Positions 17,139 to 25,484 of a stretch of DNA of 64,000 nt are shown here, piece by piece. Origin of the DNA: an uncultured virus (IMG/VR IMGVR_UViG_3300045421_000122) (taxonomy: Duplodnaviria; Heunggongvirae; Uroviricota; Caudoviricetes); the IMG/VR virus record IMGVR_UViG_3300045421_000122, one strand, 5' to 3'. The notes beneath the pieces are model-generated. The model was not told the origin of the DNA, ran no database searches, and saw nothing but the letters and a program-made list of their open reading frames with translations. The position numbers and the translations under genes were made by a program. The number at the start of each line of letters is the position of its first letter. The first letter of the stretch is position 1.

Positions 17139-17171
17139 AAAGCGGGCCTATTTCTAAGCCCGCTTATTTTT
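17137..17171. terminator. bidirectional terminator at the strand switch
   Basis: AAAAAGCGGGC...GCCCGCTTATTTTT between convergent genes. Confidence 0.8.
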
Positions 17172-17185
17172 ACTGAGACTGTTTA

Positions 17186-17434
17186 TTACTTTGCAGTCTT
17201 TTTCTTTCCCTTGGCTTTACTTAAAGCCTCTTCAACAACTTTTGCTGTTGGTAAACGACCAAATGCTGGATCGTTTGGATTAATTGCACGTGCTGCAACT
17301 GGAATAATTGCTCCAATTAGCGCTGCCCACAAATCTTTTGGATCTGTTACGCCTGCAACGTAAAGTGCTGATGCTGCACCAACTACTGAACGTGCATATG
17401 ATGCAAGCATTGCCTTAAGTTCTTTTTGTGTCAT
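17186..17434 (-). CDS. putative holin
   Basis: 82 aa, two hydrophobic helices, basic C-terminus, NPNDPAFG. Confidence 0.6.
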   Translation of the reverse strand: MTQKELKAMLASYARSVVGAASALYVAGVTDPKDLWAALIGAIIPVAARAINPNDPAFGRLPTAKVVEEALSKAKGKKKTAK

Positions 17435-17577
17435 TTTATCCTCCTAGGATGTGACTCTAACCAGTATAGCATAGCCAGACCAGCAAACATTGGCGAGGCT
17501 GGAACTGGCAATTTGAATGCAGCAAAAATAACACCACATCCAAAACCTGTAATAAGTGATAGTATTATTTGTTTCAT
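17431..17577 (-). pseudogene. XapX/DUF1427-like small membrane protein, apparently frameshifted
   Basis: MKQIILSLITGFGCGVIFAAFKLPVPASPMFAG; a hydrophobic tail GYAILVRVTS* lies in another frame. Confidence 0.55.
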
Positions 17578-17586
17578 AATTTATTT

Positions 17587-17805
17587 TTATTTAATAGGAT
17601 TATCTATTGGAGTTGGAGCGGTAGCAAAAGTTCCACAATTGTTACACTCTATATCTAAATGATACATTCCTATTGTATAAGTCTCTGGATCAAATGAAAC
17701 TAATGCTCTAAATAAAATATTTCCACAATTAGGACAGGTGCAAGTTGGAATTCCTCTAGCGTCTATCAAGAGTTTCCTCTGGTAAAAATTTTTTAAGTTC
17801 TGCAA
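17587..17805 (-). CDS. zinc-ribbon protein
   Basis: CPNCG...CNNCG. Confidence 0.7.
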   Translation of the reverse strand: MQNLKNFYQRKLLIDARGIPTCTCPNCGNILFRALVSFDPETYTIGMYHLDIECNNCGTFATAPTPIDNPIK

Positions 17806-18178
17806 TTTCTTTGGATAATTTTTTAATTGTAAATTGAGTTAAAAAATTTTCTTTCTCTTCAGATTGATTATAATTTTTAATTTGAGGTTCTACTTCATTC
17901 ATAAATTTTTTTATTCCATCTTGAACACTTTCTATGTATTCAAAAGCCCAATCACGAGAATCAGAAAGAAATTTAATAAAATTTTGAGTATGAATATCTT
18001 GATCAATGTTTAAGTTTTTAATGTTTGCATAATTTTCATATGCTTTTTGTAGTTCAACTTTAGACATCAAGACTTCAGTAAAAGAATTTGTTATTTTATT
18101 TACTTTAGACATTGCCAATATATATGCTATAGAAAAAGAAAATGTCATTAAAGTTAATATAGCCAATAATGTTTCCAT
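17756..18178 (-). CDS. membrane-anchored hypothetical protein (start revised, leaderless)
   Basis: N-terminal TM helix; FIKFLSDSRDWAFEYIE. Confidence 0.75.
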   Translation of the reverse strand: METLLAILTLMTFSFSIAYILAMSKVNKITNSFTEVLMSKVELQKAYENYANIKNLNIDQDIHTQNFIKFLSDSRDWAFEYIESVQDGIKKFMNEVEPQIKNYNQSEEKENFLTQFTIKKLSKEIAELKKFLPEETLDRR

Positions 18179-18214
18179 GATACTATTGTACCCTACTTTC
18201 ACGAACTACCCGCA

Positions 18215-18445
18215 TTACTTTAATCGCTCTCGTGTTACCATTACGATGGCTCCCTCCATTTCTAAAGCCTTTTTAACAAGAATTACATATTTTACTGCTT
18301 CTATTTTTTGGTCATGTGTTAGCGGTAAAAATGCTTTCTCATCTAATTTTATCGTAAGAAAGTGCTCGTTGTCAATAATAGATATTTTAAAATTACTTGG
18401 AGATGGTATATTATGAAACGCTTTACGCATATTTTGTGTATACAT
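18215..18445 (-). CDS. hypothetical protein
   Basis: 76-aa ORF in operon. Confidence 0.7.
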   Translation of the reverse strand: MYTQNMRKAFHNIPSPSNFKISIIDNEHFLTIKLDEKAFLPLTHDQKIEAVKYVILVKKALEMEGAIVMVTRERLK

Positions 18446-18446
18446 T

Positions 18447-18728
18447 TTATTCCGTTGTTAAGGCCTGCCAAATGTAAGACCAATCTTTTTTAGTCTTATG
18501 ATTATTAAACTCTTTAGATATTTCACCGTCTTGTAAATAAACACCGCCCCAAACTCCCCATTCTTTTCCAGACACACCATTAGCAAAACAAGTTCTTGCA
18601 ACTGGACAGGCTCTACATAAAGAATCTACAAATTCTCTAGTCTCTGGTTTTTCTTCATAAATATCAAAATAAATATTTGTGTCTGAATTTAAACATAAAG
18701 CGTTATCTTTCCAAAGATGCTTCTTCAT
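18447..18728 (-). CDS. whiB: WhiB-family Fe-S transcription factor
   Basis: W..NALC...LCRACPVARTC...GVWGG. Confidence 0.92.
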   Translation of the reverse strand: MKKHLWKDNALCLNSDTNIYFDIYEEKPETREFVDSLCRACPVARTCFANGVSGKEWGVWGGVYLQDGEISKEFNNHKTKKDWSYIWQALTTE

Positions 18729-18730
18729 GT

Positions 18731-18940
18731 TTATATCCTATATTTATTGGGTATGCCCCATCCGCTGTTAGTAAGTTTATAAATGGTCTGGACGTACCAT
18801 TGACCATTAACTCTAACACCGTTGATTGCGGTTCTGCCAGCCTCTGTGCGACGACGATCAGCAACGTCCCATCCTATCCAGCAAAGATTTTTATTTTTAG
18901 AAATTATTTTTTCCATTGTTTCAAGTTTATTTACTATCAT
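18731..18940 (-). CDS. hypothetical protein
   Basis: 69-aa ORF directly upstream of whiB. Confidence 0.75.
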   Translation of the reverse strand: MIVNKLETMEKIISKNKNLCWIGWDVADRRRTEAGRTAINGVRVNGQWYVQTIYKLTNSGWGIPNKYRI

Positions 18941-19894
18941 TTATATTTTTTCCTCATAAAATTTAATCCAATTATTTGTAAATACATCCCAAGAAAATTT
19001 ATTGCTTATAATTTTTGCTTGATCTTTTGGATTAAATTGTTTTTGTTTAATCATTTCTATAGCAGTAATAATTTTTTGTGTAAAAATTTCTACATGTTCT
19101 TCATTTGTTTTTCCTTCTATGTCATACATTATTCCATAATTACTGCCAATTTCTTTTAAAGAACCAAAATTACTATAAACAGACAAACAATTTGCTGCTA
19201 AACTTTCTACAAGAGAAAGACAAAAAGTTTCGTGCCAATTGCTTGTATGCATAAAAATATGAGAGCGTGACATGTGATCTAAAACTGTTTTGTGTGGAGT
19301 TTTCCCATAAAAGAAAAATCTTGGATCCTGCAATATTTTTTTATTAGTATGATCAATTTTTACTGTATCTGGAATTATTTCATTAAAAATATTTAATCTA
19401 AAATCAATTTCTAATTTAGATAAAGCATGTAGACCAATCTCAAGACCTCTGCCTGGAGATGACGTATATATTAGTTCTGGAATTTTTACATTATCAAACC
19501 TGTTAATATCGTTTTCAATCTCTGAAATTGCATTATAAATTACAATAACTTTATTTGGATCTATGCCAGTTTTTTTTATTACATCTTGTTTATGATATTT
19601 AGAAACTGTAATTATATATTTAACCTTATCTAAAAACCTTTTATCAGTGAACATATGATATAGTTGAAAACCAAATTGATCAACAAGATTGTGAAGCCAA
19701 ATAATAATTTGTTTTGGTTCATATATTAACTCAAAATAAGGCTTGTCTGTTTGACCTGGCAAAATTAAACAATTGTATTCTTTAAGTCTTGGAACATATG
19801 GGGCTATATTTTGATGAAAATATTTAGCCATATATTCAGTTCCGCCAAAGTATTCATCTTTATAACAAAAAAATCTTGGATTTTGTTGTATCAT
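18941..19894 (-). CDS. GT4-like glycosyltransferase
   Basis: GGTE, YTSSPGRGL, ETFCLSLVES. Confidence 0.85.
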   Translation of the reverse strand: MIQQNPRFFCYKDEYFGGTEYMAKYFHQNIAPYVPRLKEYNCLILPGQTDKPYFELIYEPKQIIIWLHNLVDQFGFQLYHMFTDKRFLDKVKYIITVSKYHKQDVIKKTGIDPNKVIVIYNAISEIENDINRFDNVKIPELIYTSSPGRGLEIGLHALSKLEIDFRLNIFNEIIPDTVKIDHTNKKILQDPRFFFYGKTPHKTVLDHMSRSHIFMHTSNWHETFCLSLVESLAANCLSVYSNFGSLKEIGSNYGIMYDIEGKTNEEHVEIFTQKIITAIEMIKQKQFNPKDQAKIISNKFSWDVFTNNWIKFYEEKI

Positions 19895-19895
19895 A

Positions 19896-20252
19896 TTAAT
19901 ACCTAAATACTCCAATTTCTTTACCTTTCAATTCTGCGTTAGCAATTATTTTTGATACTGGTTCTTTAGGCTTACTTACAAAAACAAAATAATCCATGTA
20001 ATCAATATTTTCATTTACCCATTCAAATGGAACTTTATAAAATTTTATTTTTCTACCTCTTGCCTTCATACCACGCTCTGAAAGATTGCAAAATTCTGAA
20101 ACCATAGAGTTAACTTTTACTGGACCCAAAGAATAAACATTAAACTCAATATCACTTTCTTTCATATTAGACAATGCTACGCCCATGGCACGTAAGAAAA
20201 TATTATATTCGTCAAACTGTCTAGTTCCCTGAACCACCACGTTCATCGTCAT
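19896..20252 (-). CDS. hypothetical protein, possibly SLOG/YspA-like
   Basis: N-terminal VVVQGTRQFDEY resembles the YspA-like GSR motif. Confidence 0.6.
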   Translation of the reverse strand: MTMNVVVQGTRQFDEYNIFLRAMGVALSNMKESDIEFNVYSLGPVKVNSMVSEFCNLSERGMKARGRKIKFYKVPFEWVNENIDYMDYFVFVSKPKEPVSKIIANAELKGKEIGVFRY

Positions 20253-20649
20253 TCCTCCTATTTAAATTATCTAATATAAAAAGCATTTTGTCAAGTTCTT
20301 CTTTTGACATATTATTAGTATCTATTTTTTGAGCATTGTCAAAATCTGGATGGCCATTAATTATTTTTGATACATAAAAAATGTTATTGTCTACCCAGTA
20401 AGCCTTACCTTCTTCTGTAAAAATTACTTTTAAACTTTTTTTTTCATGATCATTGGCCAACTCAAATTTTGTTGAACTCATTGCAATTTGAAAGTTTGTA
20501 AGGTGTTTTAAAAACATTAAAACATCTTTTTCTGAATACATTTTTTTTTGCATTTCGCTTATAGTTTTATATTTTGTCAATAAAAACAACATTAAAGAAT
20601 ATAAACAAAATGCAATAAAATAAGGTATTACCCCATTAATTAAATTCAT
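20221..20649 (-). CDS. membrane-anchored hypothetical protein
   Basis: N-terminal TM helix; KAYWV motif. Confidence 0.75.
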   Translation of the reverse strand: MNLINGVIPYFIAFCLYSLMLFLLTKYKTISEMQKKMYSEKDVLMFLKHLTNFQIAMSSTKFELANDHEKKSLKVIFTEEGKAYWVDNNIFYVSKIINGHPDFDNAQKIDTNNMSKEELDKMLFILDNLNRRNDDERGGSGN

Positions 20650-20655
20650 TTTTAA

Positions 20656-20826
20656 CTATTCTGATTTTGTTTTTGTAATTTTTGTTGCGGGAATTGGCTT
20701 AGAATTGCTTTGTAACAATTTATTGTACCTTAATTGCCACTGCAAATTAACATACTCTAACTCATTTGTTCTCTGTTTGTAAAAATGAATTAGTTGTTTT
20801 AATTCTTCAATCCCTAAATCTTCCAT
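20656..20826 (-). CDS. 56-aa coiled-coil protein (not in ORF track)
   Basis: AGGGGG RBS; MEDLGIEELKQLIHFYKQR...KSE*. Confidence 0.7.
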   Translation of the reverse strand: MEDLGIEELKQLIHFYKQRTNELEYVNLQWQLRYNKLLQSNSKPIPATKITKTKSE

Positions 20827-20837
20827 AATTTTCCCCC

Positions 20838-21236
20838 TTAATTACTAAAAGCGCTACCCTGCCAAACCTTTTTTACACGATTTTTTTCACGTTCTGCAAT
20901 TTTACGTGACCAAGAAAATCCTGCATCTCCACCCCACGCATCCCACATAATGCGACCATTTGATGGATCACTATTATTATAGAAGTCTTTGCCCTTTTTG
21001 TCAACTTCATGACGAGAAAAAAATGAATACATTCTTTTAACAGTACTAAGAGACATTGCTCTACCTGCAACTATATCTGTTGCACGTCCCCATCCTATTG
21101 GAGTTCCAGCACCTTTTGCTTTACCCTCTGCTTTCCAACGTAATGCACGACGTGCTGCAGCCTTCATTCCAGATGTTGGCATGTATGTTTCAGCCTTATG
21201 AATATCTGAGGGTTGTACAATTTTAATTTTTGACAT
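20838..21236 (-). CDS. basic protein, possibly head-associated
   Basis: TVKRMYSFFSRH, WDAWGGDAG; C-terminal KKVWQGSAF. Confidence 0.75.
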   Translation of the reverse strand: MSKIKIVQPSDIHKAETYMPTSGMKAAARRALRWKAEGKAKGAGTPIGWGRATDIVAGRAMSLSTVKRMYSFFSRHEVDKKGKDFYNNSDPSNGRIMWDAWGGDAGFSWSRKIAEREKNRVKKVWQGSAFSN

Positions 21237-21366
21237 TTTTTTTATACTCTCCGTATTTTCCTAAAATTTCTTTAACTGTACCATTTTTTGCAAGACGAAC
21301 AACCATACCATTTTTTATTTGAATTGGATTAAAACCATCATGTCTTTTATATGATCCAGATGACAT
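21223..21366 (-). CDS. 47-aa basic protein (not in ORF track)
   Basis: MSSGSYKRHDGFNPIQIKNGMVVRL... Confidence 0.6.
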   Translation of the reverse strand: MSSGSYKRHDGFNPIQIKNGMVVRLAKNGTVKEILGKYGEYKKNVKN

Positions 21367-21367
21367 T

Positions 21368-22594
21368 TTATTTTCTAAATGTTTTCATGTCAAACAAAGA
21401 ACCAGACCATTCAGATTTTTTAGTTGATCTTGGATGTCCCTTTGGAAATAAATCTAAATCAAAAGGTTTTCTTGGAAATCTGCCACGCAAACCAGCCATA
21501 AAAGCATTTACTCTACCCATGGCCCATTGCTCCGCACCAGAAACACTCCCCCTAACTGATGAAGGATTGCTTCTGTATGCTCCTATACCACGACGATAAA
21601 CAGCCTGCAAGGTTCCTACACTAATTCTTTTATCACCATCTTTACCTTTGTTATATGCTTCCACAAGCGCTCTTAATTTTGATTCAGGTGCTTTTTCCAT
21701 CAGTTCTTCTGGCAAATACATTTTTTCATTATCAATTGGTTCAGAATTAATTCTTAAGGAACTAAATGGTTTTACTACACGTCTATCAGTTCTTGATCTT
21801 TTGCCTTTTTCATTTGTTGCGTAAACTCTTACAACTGCAACTGGATTATCTGAAGATGCTTCAACAGTTTCATTGGTTCCTGGAAGTTTAATTTTGCCAG
21901 AACGTTCTATTCTTTCTACAACTCCATGTGCAGATTCTGTTTTGTCTGGTGGTTTTGGCACTGCAAAAGTAACATGATCTCCAACAGAAATACCTTTTGC
22001 TTTATCAATACTATCTAACTTTGTAACTGGCACACAATTTGGAACCATTCTTCCATTTCTTTCTTTCATTCCTACTTGTTTATATCCTACCCAACAAGCC
22101 TTAGTCACATTATCCCATTTATCTTCTTCTTCGTTGTCAGAATGATAAGATTTCATAGTTTCTTCCGCATCCATTCGATGAGTTTCTTTATCTACTTTTT
22201 GTGCATCTGCATACATCATACCAATACTGTAAGCAGTTGGTTCCCACATATCATTTTCTTCTTTATAAATTCTAACAGACATTGCTGGATTTTCTGGTGG
22301 CATTGATCTTAAAGAATATCTGGTTCCAGGTAGTCCAAGAATACCACCTTCTTTCATTATGTGTTCTACTACACCGTGAACCAAACCCTCTGTAGTTGTT
22401 CCCATTACAAAATCTCCTTCTTTAATATCGCGAGCAGATTTTGTTATATTACCTTCAGAACGATTTATTGCATAAATTTGTGCGGCAGCCCGTGCTCGTG
22501 TATCGTGACAACCCATTACTTCATTAGTACCCACTTTAAGAGCAGGGTAGCCTGAACAACCGTATGAACCTTTAGCACCTACACGATATGGCAT
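21368..22594 (-). CDS. multi-module protein, possibly head-associated
   Basis: Two Tudor/SH3-like modules, CWVGY...VPNCVP, AVYRRGIGAY...QWAMGRVNAF; C-terminal KSEWSGSLF. Confidence 0.8.
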   Translation of the reverse strand: MPYRVGAKGSYGCSGYPALKVGTNEVMGCHDTRARAAAQIYAINRSEGNITKSARDIKEGDFVMGTTTEGLVHGVVEHIMKEGGILGLPGTRYSLRSMPPENPAMSVRIYKEENDMWEPTAYSIGMMYADAQKVDKETHRMDAEETMKSYHSDNEEEDKWDNVTKACWVGYKQVGMKERNGRMVPNCVPVTKLDSIDKAKGISVGDHVTFAVPKPPDKTESAHGVVERIERSGKIKLPGTNETVEASSDNPVAVVRVYATNEKGKRSRTDRRVVKPFSSLRINSEPIDNEKMYLPEELMEKAPESKLRALVEAYNKGKDGDKRISVGTLQAVYRRGIGAYRSNPSSVRGSVSGAEQWAMGRVNAFMAGLRGRFPRKPFDLDLFPKGHPRSTKKSEWSGSLFDMKTFRK

Positions 22595-22606
22595 ACAAAG
22601 ATTATA

Positions 22607-22939
22607 TCAGACTTTTGGAATTTTAAGAACCCTTTTTATCTCTTCTAAGGACCATTTTTGTTGTTTAGTCAATTTGATAAGTTCGTCTGGAATGAAGGCC
22701 TTTTTGGTCAATGTTACTATAGGTTCTTCTGCAAAAAAGTCAACGTTGACATATCCAGATTCCCAAAGTTTCATGACCTCAGAGTTAACAAAATTTAAAT
22801 GATCTTTGTAAAGTTCTTCGTTTATTTTTTGCATTTTGGGAGTAAATTCATAAAGAAGTTGTCCTTCTTCGTCCACACCAGCAACTCGCAATCCACCAGC
22901 AAGAATAAGACGTTCTATTTCATCATTTTCATTTTTCAT
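22607..22939 (-). CDS. hypothetical protein
   Basis: GGAGG RBS before ATG 22939. Confidence 0.75.
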   Translation of the reverse strand: MKNENDEIERLILAGGLRVAGVDEEGQLLYEFTPKMQKINEELYKDHLNFVNSEVMKLWESGYVNVDFFAEEPIVTLTKKAFIPDELIKLTKQQKWSLEEIKRVLKIPKV

Positions 22940-23029
22940 AAAGTCCTCCAACTCAGTTCTTGTTTTTAATCCAGCCGCGTTACTGCAAGGCTAACACCAT
23001 TCTGCTGTAAAATACAATATGTTTTTCAT
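22940..23029 (-). pseudogene. thioredoxin remnant
   Basis: MKNILYFTAEWC*PC (TAG at 22991-22993 within WCxPC); core of the fold missing. Confidence 0.75.
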
Positions 23030-23433
23030 TTACCAGATTTTGCTCTAGCCTTTTTAAGGACTTCAAAATCTTTAATCTTGGTTTCGCCAAGGTAGCCCCA
23101 AGCATAGCCGTCCTTAATCATTTTATTATTAATAGATTCTGACTCTCCATTTACGTATACCCAGCCAAGAATGCGACCATACTTTTCAGATGAATTCATT
23201 TTTTCTGTACGTATAACTATAGACTTTGCATCTTTAATATTTTTCTTTAAATATTCTTTGGCTTCAAGCCCAAGAGCCTTTTCTGCTTTATCTGTTGTTC
23301 TTAACTCTGGCGTATCAATACCAGCCAAACGAATACGAGATGAAAATAAAATATCAAACCCCAAATCAATAATAACGTCAATGGTATCTCCATCAACAAC
23401 ATTTTTTACTTCTTTTACAAAATACTCATACAT
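23026..23433 (-). CDS. thermonuclease (SNase-like)
   Basis: VVDGDTI, RIRLAGIDTPE, KYGRILG. Confidence 0.92.
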   Translation of the reverse strand: MYEYFVKEVKNVVDGDTIDVIIDLGFDILFSSRIRLAGIDTPELRTTDKAEKALGLEAKEYLKKNIKDAKSIVIRTEKMNSSEKYGRILGWVYVNGESESINNKMIKDGYAWGYLGETKIKDFEVLKKARAKSGK

Positions 23434-23690
23434 TATAATCCCCCTATTGGTTTTTTTCTTACTAATTTTTCACGCTCATCAATAACCTCTAACATAAAAG
23501 CCATCATTTTTTTGTAAGACTCTGGATTATTCATTATTTTATCGTAATGATGACTACAAAAAGTTAACTCGCCAGAAGCGCCTTTTACCTTAACTAGTGC
23601 CTGTACTCTGCATTTATCACAGATATCTTTGGCATTTAAAACCCACTTTCTAGCCTTTACGCTTGGGTGATCTTGTACAATACTATTCAT
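23433..23690 (-). CDS. Zn-binding hypothetical protein (leaderless)
   Basis: DICDKC...LTFCSHH. Confidence 0.7.
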   Translation of the reverse strand: MNSIVQDHPSVKARKWVLNAKDICDKCRVQALVKVKGASGELTFCSHHYDKIMNNPESYKKMMAFMLEVIDEREKLVRKKPIGGL

Positions 23691-23744
23691 AATACTATTA
23701 TACATCTACTTTCTGTTGTTTTAACAACATTACTTTTTTAAGAT

Positions 23745-23770
23745 GAGCAGTTTACTGACATGCTCAGGTC
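23745..23770 (-). ncRNA. Repeated H-type pseudoknot motif, copy 6
   Basis: Minus strand GAC-CT-GAGCA-T-GTC-AGTAAAC-TGCTC, about 24 nt after the Hsp20 stop. Confidence 0.7.
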
Positions 23771-23793
23771 TTTTATCTATTATACAGCGTTAA

Positions 23794-24225
23794 TTACTTT
23801 TTTGCAACTTTGATTGCAATTTCTTTTGGTTTTTTATCCTCTGGAATAATGCGATCAATGTTTATATATAACATACCGTCTTTTATTTCTGCATCAGTTA
23901 CTTCCATATATTCACCAAGTGCAAAAGTGCGAGTAAATTTTCTACTAGCAATGCCTTTATGAACAACTTTCGCTTCTAATACTTCGTTTATTTCTCCTCT
24001 TATAATTAAAGTTCCGTTATCTACCGATACTTTAATATCGTCTTTAGAGAATCCAGCAACGGCTAAAGATAGTTTGTATGTATCTTCATCTAATTTAATT
24101 ATGTCGTATGGCGGATATGCCTGACGAGTTGCTAAATTATGTACTGTGCTTAAACGTTCCAATTCGCGATTGAAACCAATAAAAAATGGATCTTTAAAAA
24201 GATCCAATGCAAATGAACTTACCAT
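23794..24225 (-). CDS. small heat-shock protein Hsp20 (IbpA-like)
   Basis: YPPYDI, LAVAGF, HKGIASRKFTRTF, DGMLYI. Confidence 0.93.
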   Translation of the reverse strand: MVSSFALDLFKDPFFIGFNRELERLSTVHNLATRQAYPPYDIIKLDEDTYKLSLAVAGFSKDDIKVSVDNGTLIIRGEINEVLEAKVVHKGIASRKFTRTFALGEYMEVTDAEIKDGMLYINIDRIIPEDKKPKEIAIKVAKK

Positions 24226-24302
24226 TATATGTTCTCCTTTTCAGCGAGTTTCATTTTTTGTATCCCCTTTTAGCAGATACAATCTCATTATATCATATAT
24301 TG

Positions 24303-24374
24303 AGCCTCCTGTAGGATTTGAACCTACGGCAACCCGCTTACAAGGCGGGTACTCTACCACTGAGTTAAGGAGGC
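24303..24374 (-). tRNA. tRNA-Thr(UGU)
   Basis: Acceptor GCCTCCT/AGGAGGC; anticodon arm CCCGC-CTTGTAA-GCGGG. Confidence 0.92.
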
Positions 24375-24376
24375 AG

Positions 24377-24448
24377 TACCCCCAAGGGGAATTGAACCCC
24401 TGTTACCACCGTGAAAGGGTGATGTCATAACCACTAGACCATGGGGGC
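24377..24448 (-). tRNA. tRNA-Glu(UUC)
   Basis: Acceptor GCCCCCA/TGGGGGT; anticodon arm TCACC-CTTTCAC-GGTGG. Confidence 0.92.
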
Positions 24449-24452
24449 AGAG

Positions 24453-24523
24453 AGCGGATAGCGGGAATCGAACCCGCACATTAACCTTGGCAAGGTTACG
24501 CACTACCACTATGCAATATCCGC
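24453..24523 (-). tRNA. tRNA-Gly(GCC)
   Basis: Acceptor GCGGATA/TATCCGC; anticodon arm TAACC-TTGCCAA-GGTTA. Confidence 0.92.
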
Positions 24524-24530
24524 AATACTA

Positions 24531-25415
24531 TTATTTTAATACATCAATAACTGCATTCTTTTTATTAGTATCATGAGTCATTGCAATAGATTTTAAATAA
24601 TCGTAAGTTGTTTGATAATTACCGCTATAACTTTTTGCCCAATAAGCAGCAAATGCAGACGCAGCAGCAGAGGTGCCAGAAACATTTCCTGTTGATAATT
24701 CATACCTACCTAAAGAATAAAAATCAACCTCTGCAGAATCATTTGCATAGTTTTCCGTCATATTTGACCAAGGACTAATTGATGAAATACCAATTGCATC
24801 TGGTAAACAGGATGGATAATCAATACGCACTTTGTTGTAATTGTTGCCACTTGCAAAAATACTTGCAACACCTATTGACTTTAAGGTTACAATTGATTTT
24901 ATCAATTCAGCATCAAATAAAGGCCTCATTTGACAATAGTTTGCTTTATCTAATGTTTTATGTCCAAGGGCGGCAGATACTGCCACTATATTGAACTTAG
25001 ATTGATTTTTTGCAACCCAATCAAGTGCTTGCTTTATCGTACTATTGGCATTAGCAGCAGCATGAGCAACGGTTCCATTTCTACCCTTTGGAAATATCCT
25101 TATAAAAACAATATTGACATTTGGATTAACTTTTACTGCCACTTGAGCCATTCTTGTTCCGTGAATAAATCCACCAACATTAATTTCTGAGGTAGGAAGT
25201 GTTGCTGATCCTGGACCTTCTTGAAATGATTTTTTATTTGGACATTGCAGTTCTTCCATTAAACAAACTTCGTAAATAATTTTGCCCTGCAATTCTGGCA
25301 AGGTAGTATCAATTGCTGTATCAATAATTGCAATTGATTTATTGGTTTGTGCATGAACAGGCTGCAATAGTGTCAAACCAAATAACGCTATTATCCCCAC
25401 TGCTATTTTTTTCAT
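24531..25415 (-). CDS. secreted subtilisin-like S8 peptidase
   Basis: Signal peptide; catalytic IAIIDTA, HGT, SGN, GTS motifs. Confidence 0.88.
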   Translation of the reverse strand: MKKIAVGIIALFGLTLLQPVHAQTNKSIAIIDTAIDTTLPELQGKIIYEVCLMEELQCPNKKSFQEGPGSATLPTSEINVGGFIHGTRMAQVAVKVNPNVNIVFIRIFPKGRNGTVAHAAANANSTIKQALDWVAKNQSKFNIVAVSAALGHKTLDKANYCQMRPLFDAELIKSIVTLKSIGVASIFASGNNYNKVRIDYPSCLPDAIGISSISPWSNMTENYANDSAEVDFYSLGRYELSTGNVSGTSAAASAFAAYWAKSYSGNYQTTYDYLKSIAMTHDTNKKNAVIDVLK

Positions 25416-25484
25416 TGTGCTCCACTCTTTTTCTTGTATATTTTTCATAACATTATGAAAATTTATTATATATAAAGTATACTC

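Noticed and set aside
22991..22993. Stop-codon recoding suggested by the in-frame TAG in thioredoxin
   Set aside because: TAG ends normal genes here, long genes are uninterrupted under code 11, no suppressor tRNA is seen, and the gene is also internally deleted.
24146..24430. 94-aa plus-strand ORF
   Set aside because: It is antisense to the tRNA genes and the Hsp20 start.
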